A DNA stretch of 43,973 nt, taken from IMG/VR virus record IMGVR_UViG_3300028898_000020; one strand, given 5' to 3'. The position numbers were made by a program, and so were the translations under genes. Within the stretch, counting starts at the first letter, position 1. Every line of letters begins with the position of its first letter. This DNA is from a virus. The notes beneath the pieces are model-generated. The model made no database searches. It was given only the letters and a program-made list of their open reading frames with translations, and was not told the origin of the DNA. Shown one piece after another: positions 41,593 to 43,973 of this stretch.

Positions 41593-43793
41593 TCGACCTT
41601 TACATCGACCTGGAGACCTACAGCGAGGTGCCCATCAACCAGGGCACGCACCGCTACGCCGAGGCCGCCGAGATCATGCTGTTCGCCTGGGCCATCGACG
41701 ACGGCCCGGTGTCGGTGTGGGACTGCACCCAAGGGTACAACATGCCCGCCGCGCTTGAGGCGGCACTGTGCGACCGCGATGTCACGATATGGGCGCACAA
41801 CAGCCACTTCGACCGCACGGTGCTGCGCCACACCTACGACGCCTATGCGGACGAATGGGACAGCTACCCCGGCGAGCCCACCCGCTGGCGCGACACCATG
41901 GTGCAGGCCCTGGCCCACGGTCTGCCCGCAGGCCTGAGCGCCTTGTGCGACGTGCTCAAGGTGGACCAGGACAAGGCCAAGGACAAGGACGGCCGCCAGC
42001 TCGTGCTGTTGTTCTGCAAACCCCGGCCCAAGACCAGCAAGATCAAGCGCGCCACCCGCGACACGCACCCGGCCGAATGGGCCAAGTTCGTGCGCTATGC
42101 CGGCCTGGACATCGAGGCCATGCGCGCATGCCGCAAGAAGATGCCCACCTGGAACTACCAGGGCGCCGAGCTGGCGCTCTGGCACCTGGACCAGGAGATC
42201 AACGACCGGGGCGTGGCGGTGGATCTGGACCTGGCCTGCGCCGCCATCGACGCGGTGGCCCGCGCCCAGGCCGAGCTGGGCGAGCGCACGACCGAGATCA
42301 CTTTCGGCTACGTCGAGTCCACCACCCAGCGCGACGCCCTGCTCAAGCACCTGCTGGCCGCCTATGGGGTTGACCTACCCGACCTGCAGATGGCCACGCT
42401 GGAGCGTCGCCTCAACGATCCAGACCTGCCCGAGTCGCTGCGCGAGCTGCTGGCTATCCGGCTGCAGGCAAGCACCACCAGCACCAGCAAGTACAAGACC
42501 CTGGTGAACGGCGCCAACGCCGACGGCCGGCTGCGCGGCCTGCTGCAGTTCTGTGGCGCCGGTCGCACCGGGCGCTGGGCCGGGCGCCTGTTCCAGCCGC
42601 AGAACCTGGTGCGTCCGACGCTCCCGCAGGCCGTGATCGACGAGGGCATCGAGGCCCTGAAAGCCGGCTGCGCGGACCTGATCACCGACAACGTGATGGA
42701 GCTCACCAGCAACGCCATCCGGGGCGCCATCATCGCCCCTGCAGGCAAAAAGCTGGTGGTTGCCGACCTGTCCAACATCGAAGGCCGTGACCAGGCATGG
42801 CTGGCCGGCGAGGCCTGGAAGCTGGCCGCGTTCCGGGCCTACGACGAGGGCACCGGACACGACCTCTACAAACTGGCCTATTCGTCCAGCTTCGGCATCG
42901 CGCCCGAGGCCGTCACCAAGGACCAGCGGCAGATCGGCAAGGTGCAGGAGCTGGCCCTGGGCTACGAGGGCGGCGTGGGCGCGTTCGTCACCTTTGCCGA
43001 CGCCTACAAGATCGACCTGGAACAAATGGCCGACGACGCTATCGGCACCATTCCGCCGGGCGTCTGGGGTCAGGCCAACATCATGCTGGAGTGGCACCGC
43101 TCGCGCAAGCGCAACCCGCCGGCCGACTTCGGCATGGCCGACAAGACTTGGCTGGTCTGCGAATCGTTCAAGCTGTCCTGGCGCTCGGCGCACCCGTCCA
43201 TCACCTCGATGTGGCGCGAGCTGCGCGACGCCGCCCGGCTCGCCATCCGTGTCCCTCGCCGCACCGTGCCGTGCCGCGGGCTCAAGCTGCGGCGCGATGG
43301 CGCCTGGTTGCGCATCGGTCTGCCGTCGGGCCGGGCGCTGTGCTATCCCTCGCCGTCGGTCGGCGAAGACGGCGAGCCCTGCCCCCACTGCAACGGCACC
43401 GGCGCCACGATGGTCGACGAGGTGGCGCTGGACTGCAAGGAATGCGAAGGCACGGGCCAGATCGGCGCCAAGCAGGCCGGCCAGATCAGCTACTTCGGCA
43501 ACAACCAGTACAGCCGCAAGTGGTCGAAGCTCTACACCTACGGCGGCAAGCTGTTCGAGAACGTCTGCCAGGGCGTCGCCCGCGACGTGATGGCCCACAA
43601 CATGCCCGCCATCGAGGCGCGCGGCTACCAGATCGTACTGAGCGTGCACGACGAGCTGATCTGCGAGGCCCCCGACAGCGACGAATTCACCCACACCGAG
43701 CTGGCATCCATGCTGGCCGCCAACCCACCCTGGGCCAAGGATATGCCGCTGGCGGCGGCCGGATTCGAGGCCTACCGATACAAGAAAGAGTAG
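41589..43793 (+). CDS. Family A DNA polymerase with 3'-5' exonuclease domain
   Basis: 734 aa, GTG start. Exo motifs IDLETYSE, HNSHFDRTVL, YAGLDIEAM. Pol motifs VVADLSNIEGR, RQIGKVQELALGYEGG, VLSVHDELICE. Confidence 0.9.
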   Translation: MIDLYIDLETYSEVPINQGTHRYAEAAEIMLFAWAIDDGPVSVWDCTQGYNMPAALEAALCDRDVTIWAHNSHFDRTVLRHTYDAYADEWDSYPGEPTRWRDTMVQALAHGLPAGLSALCDVLKVDQDKAKDKDGRQLVLLFCKPRPKTSKIKRATRDTHPAEWAKFVRYAGLDIEAMRACRKKMPTWNYQGAELALWHLDQEINDRGVAVDLDLACAAIDAVARAQAELGERTTEITFGYVESTTQRDALLKHLLAAYGVDLPDLQMATLERRLNDPDLPESLRELLAIRLQASTTSTSKYKTLVNGANADGRLRGLLQFCGAGRTGRWAGRLFQPQNLVRPTLPQAVIDEGIEALKAGCADLITDNVMELTSNAIRGAIIAPAGKKLVVADLSNIEGRDQAWLAGEAWKLAAFRAYDEGTGHDLYKLAYSSSFGIAPEAVTKDQRQIGKVQELALGYEGGVGAFVTFADAYKIDLEQMADDAIGTIPPGVWGQANIMLEWHRSRKRNPPADFGMADKTWLVCESFKLSWRSAHPSITSMWRELRDAARLAIRVPRRTVPCRGLKLRRDGAWLRIGLPSGRALCYPSPSVGEDGEPCPHCNGTGATMVDEVALDCKECEGTGQIGAKQAGQISYFGNNQYSRKWSKLYTYGGKLFENVCQGVARDVMAHNMPAIEARGYQIVLSVHDELICEAPDSDEFTHTELASMLAANPPWAKDMPLAAAGFEAYRYKKE

Positions 43794-43795
43794 CC

Positions 43796-43969
43796 ATGCA
43801 AACCCGCAAGCACCCCCGCACGCTGGTCGAGGCCTTCGGCCCGTACACCAGCACCAAGATCCACGAACCCCCGCGCCGCCTGGACTGGCAGGACAGGCTG
43901 GTGATCGCCGCCAGCGTCCTGACCCTCGCCGGGTTCCTGATCGCCGTCGCCGCGAGGTGGGTATGCTGA
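43796..43969 (+). CDS. Small C-terminally membrane-anchored protein
   Basis: 57 aa, MQTRKHPRTL...VIAASVLTLAGFLIAVAARWVC. Its 3' part lies in the terminal repeat. Confidence 0.5.
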   Translation: MQTRKHPRTLVEAFGPYTSTKIHEPPRRLDWQDRLVIAASVLTLAGFLIAVAARWVC

Positions 43970-43973
43970 CCGC
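43833..43973. repeat. Terminal direct repeat, copy 2
   Basis: Identical to bases 1-141. Confidence 0.95.

Overview
The window is a complete, circularly closed genome of a GC-rich temperate phage. The unique unit is 43,832 bp; bases 1-141 recur exactly at 43833-43973, so the window wraps. (i) A long minus-strand late operon (31428 down to 4020) follows T7-supergroup order: terS, terL, portal, an 8-gene accessory block, scaffold, major capsid, decoration protein, tail tubular A/B-like proteins, and four internal-virion/ejection proteins. These include a 2,429-aa polyvalent giant with ART-like and HExxH domains. Then come a T7 gp17-type tail fibre and lysis genes, with a GH19 endolysin fused in frame to a 3-TM holin-like domain. 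(ii) A lambda-like immunity region (Cro-like gene divergent from a CI/S24 repressor, small membrane protein and terminator) is flanked by two early operons. The leftward operon carries cro, an HNH-like gene and a Prim-Pol/helicase. The rightward operon carries a tandem-repeat protein, a Cas4-like PD-(D/E)XK nuclease, an SSB-like protein, a family A DNA polymerase, two VRR-NUC nucleases, an SNF2 helicase and an excisionase-like HTH. (iii) A tyrosine integrase sits next to a candidate attP. I saw no rRNA, tRNA, CRISPR array, transposase, reverse transcriptase or phage RNA polymerase. Four non-genic signals stand out. First, a 13-nt element GGTGCACGTAACC occurs five times, always co-oriented with the late genes and always followed 14 nt later by an nAnnnT hexamer (candidate phage-specific late promoters). 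Second, a shared 15-bp TTGC-N7-GCAA operator lies at both early promoters. Third, the 231-bp early/late junction is densely structured. Fourth, a 19.4-copy 27-bp in-frame tandem array has copies that differ at only two nucleotide positions. Protein-family names are recalled from sequence patterns and need HMM confirmation.
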